Translations under genes and position numbers: made by a program | NCBI GenBank assembly: GCA_002245135.1 | Contig: NGBS01000012.1 | Span: forward strand, 1 to 64,000 | Direction of reading: 5' to 3' | DNA length: 64,000 nucleotides | From: Proteromonas lacertae | Lineage: Eukaryota | Shown here: one piece after another, positions 12,405 through 24,596 of the stretch | How the letters are laid out: each line of letters starts with the position of its first letter | Numbering within the stretch: the first letter of the stretch is position 1 | The notes under the pieces: model-generated | Database searches by the model: none | What the model was told of the DNA's origin: nothing | What the model saw: only the letters and a program-made list of their open reading frames with translations

Positions 12405-15400
12405 TCACATTCGACTTTTGTCAAGAGGACCATGACATAATGGACAATATTGAGTATCTCGAACTTCAATCTTTTCAGTCTTATGTTTACATCGACTACA
12501 TCGATAAAATGAATCACTCGTTATTGGTAAACCACTTGCTACACTCCAAGCAACTTTCGCTCCACATTTTATACACTCTGTACTCCAACGATACAAATAT
12601 TCACCACATTTCTTTGGACATTCCATTTTCTTATCTTCTTTATCATTATAATTATGTTTTGTAAAGATCTTCACTGCTACACTCTCATATTTCTTTCGAT
12701 CTTCATTACTGATATTTGGTAAAGATTCTAAATTCATAAACGCTTGACTACATAATCGATAATTCTTACTTTGATAAGCAGTATAAGCTAATAACGAATA
12801 GATATCTTCACCATCTAATATATCTTCATAAGATGATAATCGATTAGCTACTATCATTGCATCCATCATTCGATTCTCATATAAGTGACGATGACATAAT
12901 AAGTATAAATGATAAGCTTCAGCACCTCGCCAATGTTTCTCTAATAGTTTATTACCAGAAGTAGCTGAATCTTGAGTCATTAATTGATCTAATGTTACTG
13001 CAGTTGCTGTGGCAGTATCTAATGTAGATGTCATTGTTGTATCAAGGGTTTTGTTTTTATATTCTTCCATTATTAATCCACTTAAGACATATAATTGTTT
13101 ACATCGTAAGGGATTTACTTTCAATTTACCACAATCATTTGCTAATTCAGATAATATACTTGCTGCTTCTGTTGCTTTACCAGCTTTACGATATAATTCT
13201 ACTGCAGCAAATTTACTTTCAGTTGTGTTTTCTTCTAAGATATGAGCAGAATATTTACCTAATAAACCTTCGATTTGAGGATATTGATATTGTTCAGCTA
13301 AATTCACTGCTTTATCCCATTGATTCAATAATACACAACAATCGATTGATCCTTTTATATCACCCATCTTTAAGTATGCTTTTACTGCACTTTCAGTCAT
13401 TCCAACAGATTGAAATTTTTGAGCTAAATCATTTAATAATGGAGAAGAATCAGGAACTTCATCTAATAATCGAGCTAATGCTTCATATTCTTCTAATATG
13501 TAATAAGCATTGATTAATGCTTCGATATTTCTAGCTTGAACATAATATCCAACGGAATATTTCCATTGTTGACGTTCGGCATAATAATCACCAATTTTGT
13601 TATAAGCTAAATTTAACATTTCTTCATTTGGAGTATCAGTCTATTTCAATAAATATAATATAATAATATAATAATATATACAGATTGTAATAATTGAATT
13701 ACACAAAACCAATCGCCCAATTTCATTCTCAAATCAATTGCTAAATCAAGACGATCAATCTCTTTATAGATTGATTCTGCTTCCTCAAATCTCTGGAAAT
13801 ATACGGCTACTTCAGCTTTCTGTTTCTGTTTATCAGTAATTGCTTTTAATCTTTTCACAAATTGAATTCCTTGATAATCTTCACATTGAACAAATGCTTT
13901 ATCAGCTACTAAGAAATCTAATTGAGATAATGCATATTCTGCTAATAATCGCCATAATCGAGGATGACTATGATCTTGAACATATTGATAAGCATCATTT
14001 AAACTAATTGTATTGATCATAGCTCGAGCATCTCTCAAACTTATTGTCTCAAAATTTATCATACAACTCGATTTTGGTTCATCAGGTTTTTCCATTATCT
14101 CATCTAAATTAAATGAACGAATTTCTAAATCTTTAAATTCAGCTAAATATCCATTACATAATATTGGTTCCTCAGGTTCTGTTCCTCGCATTATATATAA
14201 TCGATTCTTCTCCATTACAGCGAATAAATCAGGATTATCATCAGCCCAAATCATATCCCAACTGTCTTTCTTTTCATATGATAAAATCATTCCATTTGGA
14301 TGTTCAGAATCAGTTTGTTTGAATGAAAAGAAGTTTAATGTTCCATTTATATCGATTATTGAGATCATTGTGGAATTGGAATTAATGGCTATCTTATCTG
14401 GTCGACATTTCACTTGAACTTTCTTTTCTAGATGAATATTTGGTAATGAATAACATTGGATTATTCCAGATTCTCTAGCGACTACTAATAGGTTATTACT
14501 GGCAGAAATACAACTAATATGATCAGTTGTAGTAGCTCCAAATGTCTCATCAATATGGAATGTTGTTTCTTTACCTTCTTTACCAAGAGAAGGATTTAAA
14601 TCAGCAAATTTAGCCATTGTCGATGTAAATTGCCAAACATAAATCATTGTACTGGAAGCAACGATAATGAATTGTTTATTCATAAACAAATGATCAGGAG
14701 TTATATCAATATAACGATTTTCTAATGGACTTCCTATTGCATTACATAATATCACAATATGTTGATTGGAATCTTCAGCTTTCGTTACTAATACACAATG
14801 ATCACCATATGCTTTTATATCTATCAATCTATTCGCATATTTTATGTATTTCTCATGAGATACTACATTATAGAACATTACGCTATTATCTTCACGATCT
14901 GGACGAGTATAAGAGTAGACTAAAATATTACTGAAATAACCCCAACGATAATCAGGTCTTACACTTGCAAAGAATATATGACTACCAACTGCCATTGCGA
15001 TTCTTAAACCATTTCCTTCCCAAGCGATTCCTTCTAAAGGACCTCCAGGAACTTTAAGAGATCGACGATTGATACCATAAGGAGTATAGAATTGGATTTT
15101 TGTTGATTCTTTTGGTTTTCCATCAGCTGTGTCAGTATTAGTTTCAATTCCAGCTAAGGCAAGTAATGTTCCATTGTTGTTCCATTGACAATGAGTTAAT
15201 TTCATTCCAGTATCGATTAATATTGGATTATCATCTATCTCATTTCGAGCTATTTGAACTCGACCATTTGCAAAAGCAATTGCTAAAGTCGGAACATTTG
15301 GCTCTAATAATCCTTGACTACCATTGTACCAATGAATTCCTATACATTTTACATGATCTTTTGGATTTACGGCGGCTAAGCGTAAAGCAGTTAAACGATT

Positions 15401-16052
15401 ACCTGTATGGTCGTATAAAACAGGTAAACCAGCATCAGTTACAAATACGATACTTTTATTATCTGGAGACCATTCAGCAAATCTTAATGGCTCACCTAAT
15501 GATTTACCCCATAAACGACCTCCATCTACTGAACCAACTATCACCATACCATCAGCATACACAATACAGATACGATTACCATCAGGAGTCCATTTCAAGT
15601 CATTCACTACACTCTTAGATCTATTGTTTATCATCTCTTCATACCACATGCCTTTGTGTAATACCCACACAATGATGTGTCCTTGATCATCACTACTACT
15701 CATCTTTCTATATGGAACATTCCAAGAAATAGCAGCAACAGCGCCTATCAATTTTAAAAATTAAGATATATACCAGCATGACCATCCAAAGTTTGATTCA
15801 TTGACAAGTTACTTTGTGGGGGTTTGTTAGGATCATCATCACTTCTTCTAGGACTTTCTAGTTTTAAAACCTATTGATTAGAATAAGCATTATAATACTT
15901 TTAACAGTCCACCTTCTCCTCCACATGCTATATAGCCTTGATTTTGATTCCAACTCACACATCGAAGGTGAATAGCATTGGGAATGGCGATCTAAAAAAT
16001 ATAATGCATAAATAGAGAATTACAATACTTTTTTTGTTAAGAATATAAACAT
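12405..16052 (-). CDS. WDR35: WD repeat protein 35 / intraflagellar transport IFT-A subunit IFT121
   Basis: Spliced N-terminus [76 protein letters not shown] and a C-terminal Zn knuckle ending CPLCH. Three short 5' introns plus one near 13623-13681. Confidence 0.96.
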
Positions 16053-16192
16053 ATAATTCAAAAAATATGAAAACGCCGCAACAAAAATTGAATTTCAAAC
16101 TCAAGTTTGACTTGATAGAATTTTATTGCTTGATAATTGAAAGTATAATATTGATGTATTATAGGTAATAGATAAAGTAATAAAGTTGCAAA

Positions 16193-17939
16193 ATGCCAAG
16201 AGGACGAAAGAAGACAACTCCTGCAAAAGTATATTTGCATTTTTATGATTTATAGGCTTCTAAGAAGGAGAAGGAAGGTATTTATTTTGTTTTATTTACT
16301 AGAAGAACATGAAAATATTGAAAATGAAAATAATGTATTGTTTAGTATAAATCTGTAAAATATAGATGGAAACAGAAGAACCAGAGGAAGAACAACCTGC
16401 TACAAAGCGTAAAAGAGCTGCAACTCCAAGTATTCTATAAAATAGTTTTATTATTATAAATAGAAAAAGAATCAGCAAAAGCAAAGAAAGCAAGATTAGC
16501 CAAAGAAGCTGAAGAAGATAAAAAAGAACAAGAGGAGAAGGAAAAGCAAGATCAGGATAATAAAATGGATGAAGAGAAAGAGAAGGAAGAAAATAAAGAA
16601 GAAGAAAAGAAAAATGAAAAAGGTATAGAGAATGAAAAAGTGAATAACAGTGAAGATATAAAAGAACAAGAGAAAGAGAAAGAGAAAGAGAAAGAGAAAG
16701 AGAAAGAGAAAGAGAAAGAGAAAGAGAAAGAGAAAGAGAAAGAGAAAGAGAAAGAGAAAGAGAAAGAGAATAACAAAATAGAAAAGAAAGAAGAAGAAAA
16801 AATGGAAGATAGTAATAATAAACCAAAAATAAATACAACAAAACAAGAAGATGATGAAGCAATTAATCTAGATGATTGTGAAGTAACAATTCAAGAATCA
16901 CAACAACAACAACAACAACAACAAGACAAACAACAACTAAAAAAAGGAGAAACACCAAAAAGAAAATTACCCGATGAAATAATGAAGAAAATCAATAAAA
17001 GATTAGCAACCTATCAGAATGAAACACCAGTATATATAATATAAATATAATTAATAGAAATCAAAACAAACTGATAAAAATTCACCAACAAAAGAAACTA
17101 AAGAATCAGAAACAATAACAGAAAAGACTGATTTATCTTCTTCTCCTTCTACTACTACTACACAACAAAAACAACAACAACAAAAGGATAGTAACAAAGA
17201 ATTAGAATCAAATGAAACACCTCCTACTGTAACTACTCCATCCAATAAAAACAATAATAATAGTGATAAAAACAACAACACACCAAAACCTAATACTAAC
17301 AGAATATCAGTATTTGAAAGATTAAAGAAGAAGAAAGAACCAACTGTACAAATACAACTACCACCTTCAACAAAAACAGAAATTAAAGAAAGTGATAAAG
17401 TAAAAGAAAAGAGTAAAAAGAATGAAGAATCAAAACCAATAGAAATCCCTCAAAATGTAACAAGAATAATTCATATCACAGGTTTAAAAAGACCATTTAC
17501 TCCCAAAGAATTAATAGAAATGTTAAAGTCCAAAAGTAAATTTGAACCTAAGAATTTCTGGTTAAATTCCAATAAAAGTGAATGTGCAGTAAATTATGAT
17601 ACAGTTGATGATGCTGTTTCAGCTTATAAACAGTTATATGGTATTTGTTGGCCAACTAAGATTATTCCTTTAACTGTAGAGTTTTCTGATAAATCATTTA
17701 GTTATTTTACTTCAAATAATAATAGTAACATTTCTTCACCAACTAAATCTAATTCATTTTCAGCTACTTCACCCAAATCAAATATTAAAGTGATTGATCC
17801 AGAACAATTGTTTAAAAAAACAAAAGCTAAACCAGCTATTTTCTATTTACCATTAACAGATGAAGAAGTTGCAGAAATGAAGAGAAAGATGAGAATTCCT
17901 CCAACAGAAGAAGCAGTTGAATACAAAAGAAAAAATTAG
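16193..17939 (+). CDS. Acinus-like splicing/EJC-associated protein (charged low-complexity region, RRM, RNPS1-SAP18-binding motif)
   Basis: RRM starting IHITGLKRPFT and C-terminal LFKKTKAKPAIFYLPLTDEEV, which matches the Acinus RSB motif. ATG 16193 is followed by several short introns. Confidence 0.82.
16670..16770 (+). repeat. (GAGAAA)n hexamer microsatellite, about 17 copies, encoding (EK)n
   Basis: Perfect tandem hexamer inside the Acinus-like exon. It explains the spurious minus-strand (SL)n/(FL)n/(FS)n ORFs. Confidence 0.97.
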
Positions 17940-18098
17940 ATTCAATTTTACTTAAATTTCCATTTTTCACATTTTAATTGTTTGAATACCACGTAATGTT
18001 TATGAAATCATAATATTTATTACATCAAAACTTGACTGTTAAGATAAAAATAATTACATAAAACGAGTATATTTTTGATTAAATTGGGTTTTTGATGA

Positions 18099-19087
18099 AT
18101 GTGTCAAAGATATAAACTTATAGTTCAATATATTGGTACTAACTATCATGGAATAACTGTATTTATTTATTGATTATATTTAAAGGGTGATAAAAAAGGT
18201 ACAGTAGTATATGAGTTGATGAACTCACTGAGATCGATTTATGGTGATAAAAATGTAGGCGAATTATCCTGCTCAAGTCGTACAGATAGAGGATGTTCAT
18301 GCCATATGCGAATGTATAACACTTTTCTAATATAAATCAGTGTTTTCATATCGATGTAACAAGAAAACATAAGAAAACTGGTTTGAATGTTGAACCATAT
18401 GACGCTGATACACTTCAAATTGCATTAAATTATAAACTAAAAGAAACTGAAGTATAATTTATCATATTAATTGAATAGATATCAATATTGAAAGTAGAGT
18501 CTGTTCCATTTACATTTCATGCAAGACATAGTGTAGTTGATAGATCTTATATCTATAAAATCCTCTGCAACTGTGGAAATATTCATCCGATTAATCATCA
18601 TTTTTTATTCAATGAAAAAGATCGAATTTGGTGTATGCGAGAGGATTTGAGTGTTAAAAGAATGCAAGAAGCAGCAAATCATTTAATTGGATATCACGAT
18701 TTTTCATCTTACAGAGGTATAACAAGTGAAGATCAAAATCCTTGGAGAAATGTGAAAAATATAAAAATCAAAGAAATTAAGAAGTATTTAAGTCTAATTT
18801 GTATTTAAATAGAGTTTAATAATCATTTAATATATAATAATAGTAAGAGAGTTGATGTGTATATTACTGCAAAGTCATTTGTCTATCATATGGTGAGAGA
18901 TATTGTAGGAATGTTATATCTTGTTGGAAGTTTTCAAAGATCTACTTATTTTGCTAAATATGCTTTAGATCAACATAATAATACTGTATTTGATAAAAGA
19001 GCACCACCTTATGGATTGTATTTAGCTAATGTAAGATATCCAGAAGATCCACCATTTGATTATGATTTTTTTCAATTAGATCGTTGA
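18099..19087 (+). CDS. tRNA pseudouridine synthase, TruA/PUSL1 family
   Basis: MCQRYKLIVQYIGTNYHG; SSRTDRG-VHA (needs two single-base corrections at about 18294 and 18302); FHARHS..RSYIY; LIGYHDFSSYR; AKSFVYHMVR; APPYGLYL. About four introns. Confidence 0.9.
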
Positions 19088-19646
19088 TAAATATTTATAT
19101 TTAATAATAATATTTTGTTTACCATGTGTTTTTAGGTTGAATATAAATAGTTTGTGATCTGCCTTAACAATGTATTGCATGACAGTGTTTATCTTGATTA
19201 ATATTCATAATAGGACAATATTTATGTCTGCCAAGTCGCATTTTTGATCATAAATACATTTTGCGTAATAGTGTTACATAGCCTTTAGAATTCCGTCTTA
19301 TGTCACATTTGCTCATTTATAAGCCGGCATAGAAATATAATACAAATACAAGATTGGATTGAATTTATATCAATTTGATTATGTTTATTTTTCAAAATGA
19401 TTTATTATTATGGAATTATTTATATTCAAGCAATGTTATTATGGGTATGAAAGTCAGATTATTCTATTCTACGAGGATGTAATGAGTGATGAAAAATGAA
19501 TTACATGTCACAAAAAAATATAGGGAGTAAATGACAAAATGGCACAATTCTATTGGCTCATTCAGTCATTCATGTAATTCCAATCAAATCGTCATTTGGT
19601 TTTTTCTTAGAAGTTCTGATTCATTCATTTTTTGACTCTTACGAAT

Positions 19647-22600
19647 AGTATAATGATATAATTCTTATATATAAATCATTATATACTTATTCTGCATAGT
19701 GTCCGCTACTACAATTGCTTGTAACAACACTATTCCAAGAATCAATGATACTCAAGGTAAGTTAGTATTAGCTGATGGTACAACTTTTCAAGGCAAATGC
19801 TTTGGTGCTAAGAAGCCTGTCACTGGTAGATTGGTTTTCAACACATGCTGCGTTGGCTTCCCAGAATTGATAACTGACCCTTCAGTAAAAGGTTTAATTG
19901 TTGTCTTCACCTATCCATCTGTAGGTGGATATGGTGTTCCAAAGACACAATTACGAGATGAATTGGAACTTCTTAAGTATTATCAATCAGAACATATCCA
20001 AGTAGAAGGTGTAATTTGTGAAGATTATAGCGATACATATAGTAATTTTGAAGCAGAAAAATCCTTAGGTGCTTGGTTAAAAGAGAATAATGTTCCTGGT
20101 TTATATGGTATAGATACAAGAATGTTAACCAAGAGAATAAGAGAAAATGGATCATGTGGTGCAAAGATTGAATTTGATGGAGAAACTATTCAAATTGTAG
20201 ATCCAGATAGTGTTGACTATGTAAGTCAAGTGTCAAGAAAAGATGAAAAAGTTTATAATAAAGGAAATAGTCCAAAATTGTGTGTTGTAGATTTAGGTTT
20301 AGATTATCAGACATTAAGATACTTAATTCAACAAAAATGTGAAGTTACTGTTGTTCCATTTAATTATGATATGAAATCAAATGCTTCAAAATATGATGGT
20401 TTCGTAATAAGTAGAGGTCCAGGAAATCCATTACTGTATAGTCCAATAGTTGAACAATTAAGATCATTGATCGAATTAAGTAAGCCAATCTTAGCTATGG
20501 GTTTAGGATACAATTTATTATGTTTAGCTGCTGGTGGTAAAGTAATTAAAATGAGATATGGTAATCATAGTACCAATTCCACTGCAATTGACTTAAGAAC
20601 CACTAAGTGTTATGTTATCCATCAAGATCATGATTATGTAATAGATGAAGAGTCCTTACCTTCAGAATGGATCCCATTATTAATGAATGCAACTGATCAT
20701 AGTAATGAAGGTTTTGTACATGTCACAAAGCCATTTATTGGAGTATCTTTTCTACCAGATGCTAATCATGTTACTAATAATACAAGTTATATATATGATT
20801 TATTCTTCCATAATGTCAATGAACATACATTACCTATTACTACAGTACCAAAAGCTACTTATGATAAACCAAAACCACAGAAAGTATTGTTATTAGGTTC
20901 GGGAGGTTTGTCTATTGGTCAAGCTGGTGAGTTTGATTATTCAGGTAGTCAAGCAATCAAAGCTTTAAAAGAAGAAAGTATTGAAGTAATATTAGTTAAT
21001 CCAAATATCGCTACAGTTCAAACATCAAAAGGAATGGCTTCAAGAGTATATTTCTTACCAGTTACAAAGTATTATGTAACAAGAATCATAGAGAAAGAAA
21101 GACCTGATAGTATATTAATCTCAATGGGAGGACAGACAGCATTAAATGTTGGTTTAGAGTTATATGATTCAGGAATATTATCCAAATATGGTGTTAGAAT
21201 ATTAGGAACACCTGCAGAAACAGTAAGAGAAACTGAAGATAGAGAATTATTTGCAACTAAAGTCACTGAAATTGGTGAAAAGATTATAGAAAGTTGTTCA
21301 GCTAAATCAATGGAAGAAGCAATAGCCGGTGCTGAAAGAATTGGTTATCCTGTATTAGTTAGAGCTGGATTTGCTTTAGGAGGATTAGGTTCAGGATTTG
21401 CTAAGAATAGAGAGCAATTTGTTGAATTAGCTAAAAGAGCATTTTCAGTATCCTCTGATGTATTTATTGATAAAGATTTAAGAGGATGGAAAGAAATAGA
21501 ATATGAAGTGGTCAGAGATGGTCATGATAATTGTTTAACTATCTGTTCAATGGAGAATTTCGATGCATTAGGTATTCATACTGGTGATTCTATTGTTATT
21601 GCTCCAACACAATCATTAAATAATCATGAAGCTGGTATGTTACGTGATGCTGCTATTAAAGTTGTTAGACATATTGGTATAGTAGGTGAATGTAATATTC
21701 AATTTGCATTAGATCCATATAGTGATAATTATTATATTATTGAAGTGAATGCTAGATTATCAAGATCATCTGCTTTGGCATCTAAAGCTACTGGTTATCC
21801 ATTAGCATATGTAGCTGCAAAGATTTGTTTAGGTGTTGATTTGATTAATATAAAGAATAGTATTACTAGATTCACTTCAGCTTGTTTTGAACCATCTGTT
21901 GATTATATTGTATGTAAATTCCCAAGATGGGATTTGAATAAATTCAACAAAGTATCCAATAAGTTAGGATCTTCAATGAAATCAGTAGGTGAAGTCATGT
22001 CTATTGGTAGAAAATTCGAAGAAGTTATTCAAAAAGCAATTCGTATGATTAATCCTAAAAGAAATGGTTTTGAAGCTGATGGTGCTACAAAATATACTAA
22101 AGAGGAATTAGATAATATATTAGAATATCCAGATCATATGAGAATCTATTGTATTGCTGAAGCATTTAATAGAGGTTATACTGTCCAACAAGTATATGAT
22201 TTAACAAAGATAAATGAATGGTTCTTATATAAATTAAAGAATATTCATGACTGTAGAATGTCATTGAAAGGAAAGAATTTATCAACATTAAGCGAAGAAA
22301 TAATAAGATCCTTAAAATGTGATGGTTTTAGTGATATTCAAATCGCTTCTTATGTAAATACCACAGCGAATGAAGTAAGAGCAAAAAGATTATCAATGAA
22401 TATTCATCCTTATGTAAAACAAGTAGATACAATGGGTGGTGAAGTAAAAGCCTATGAGAATTACTTGTATATGACTTACAATGGTTCTGAACATGATATA
22501 AAATTCGATGATCATGGTGTAATGGTATTAGGATGTGGACCTTATTCAATTGGATCATCTGTAGAATTTGATTGGGCAGCAGTAAATTGTATTCGTACTT

Positions 22601-24117
22601 TACGAAGTGCTAAAATCAATACAATCGTAGTAAATTGTAATCCAGAAACAGTTTCAACTGATTATGATGAATCTGATAAATTATATTTTGAAGAATTAAC
22701 ATTAGAAAGATTATTAGATATTTATAATTTAGAAAGTTCATCTGGAATAATCGTATCTGTTGGTGGACAAATACCAAACAATTTATCAAAACCATTATAT
22801 GATAATGGTTGTGTGATTTATGGTACAAAACCAGAACAGATTGATCGTGCTGAAGATCGATCTGTATTTAGTGCTATGTGTGATTCATTACATATTGATC
22901 AACCATCTTGGAGTGCATTAACATCAACTCAATCTGCAATAGATTTTGCTAAGAGTGTTGGATATCCAGTAATTGTTAGACCTAGTTTTGTATTATCAGG
23001 TGCAGCTATGTCTGTAGCTCATAATGAAGATCAATTAAGTCAATTCTTAGATAAAGCAATAGATTTTTCAAACAATAATGCATCAGTTGTAATATCTAAA
23101 TATGTACAAGATGCTCGAGAGATTGAATTTGATGGTGTTGCTAAGAATGGTCAGATATATGTATATGCGATAAGTGAACATATTGAAAATGCAGGTGTTC
23201 ATTCAGGAGATGCATCTGTTATGTTACCAGCTCAAAAATTATATGTCAAAACAGTATTTGAAGTTAGAAGAATTGCATCTGCAATAGCGAAAGATTTAAA
23301 AATTACTGGTCCATTTAATATTCAATTATTAGCTACTGATAATGAAGTGAAAGTGATAGAATGTAACTTACGAGCTTCTCGAACATTCCCATTCATATCT
23401 AAAACCTTTGATTTTAACTTTATTGACTTAGCAACAAAGTTAATGGTTGGTTTACCAGCAAAATTACCAAATTTCCATTTAAAAGATATTCAATATATAG
23501 CAATCAAAGTTCCAATGTTTTCATTTACTCGATTGATAGGTGCTGATCCAACATTAAGTGTAGAAATGGCTTCAACAGGTGAAGTAGCCTGTTTTGGTGA
23601 AACAGTTCATCATGCTTTATTAAAATCATTAATAGCTTCTGGTTTTAAGATTCCTCCAAGTGGATCAAATATATTAATATCTGTAGGAACATTGAAACAA
23701 AAGATAGCATTTTTAGAATCATGTCGAGCTTTAGTAAAGATGGGATACAATGTATATTGTACAAAAAGAACTTATGATGTTTATAAAGAACATAATATAG
23801 ATGTGAAATATATATCTAAACCAAGTAGTGATGAAAAACCAAATGCAAAAGATTTAATATGTGATGGTAAGATCTCTTTAGTTTATGTTGATCCTCAAAA
23901 AGACAGTGAAGCTGAAATAACTGATGGTTATATAATCCGAAGAACAACTGTAGATTTTGGAATTCCTTTATTAACAAATAATAAGATGGCAGTTGCTTTT
24001 GTATTAGCTTTACAAAAATTGAATGAAGTAGGTTGGGATAAATTCTTTGGTATAAAATCGATGGATGAATATTATGAAATGGCTTCAGTAGAGATAGATG
24101 GTCCTAACTCAATATAA
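19647..24117 (+). CDS. Carbamoyl-phosphate synthetase, fused small+large subunit with C-terminal MGS-like domain; glutaminase site degenerate
   Basis: LYGIDTRMLTKRIR, LGSGGLSIGQAGEFDYSGSQA, GIHTGDS, EVNARLSRSSALASKATGYPLA, GVHSGDA, IECNLRASR. No DHO or ATC fusion. ATG formed across intron 19648-19699. Confidence 0.96.
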
Positions 24118-24596
24118 GCTAAATGTTGAGTTGTTTAAATATAAAAAGTTCGTTATAATCGTTTTTATTGATTTTGATTTTGTTTATTGATGAATATAGA
24201 TGTGAAAAAATGAAAATGAAAAATGTTAGGATTATTTCTTCACAATATTGAAATTAATTAATCCAGAATTCCTTTTATTTGGTATAAATCACAAAATTAT
24301 AATTGAAATAGAAATTGATCGTTCTTTTGATTATGATCATCTAACTTCTACTCATTCAAAAATGATTTCATCATATCTTCATCTTAACTATAAATACTTT
24401 ACTATATTACAGTAATGTGGTTTTTGTAAGATTTACTATATCAGAAAGCATCAAACAACATCGAAATGTTGTAATTTAATGTAATATCTTGTTGTTATAC
24501 TTCTCTTTATTGATAAAAAATAATTATGGTAATTATTACATTTTTACAGTCAATGTTTGTGTCAAAGTCGTTTTTTATTTATTTTAAGTTTTAGAA

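Noticed and set aside
16299..16862. Minus-strand ORFs with (SL)n, (FL)n and (FS)n
   Set aside because: These are antisense shadows of the (GAGAAA)n repeat and purine-rich Acinus-like exons.
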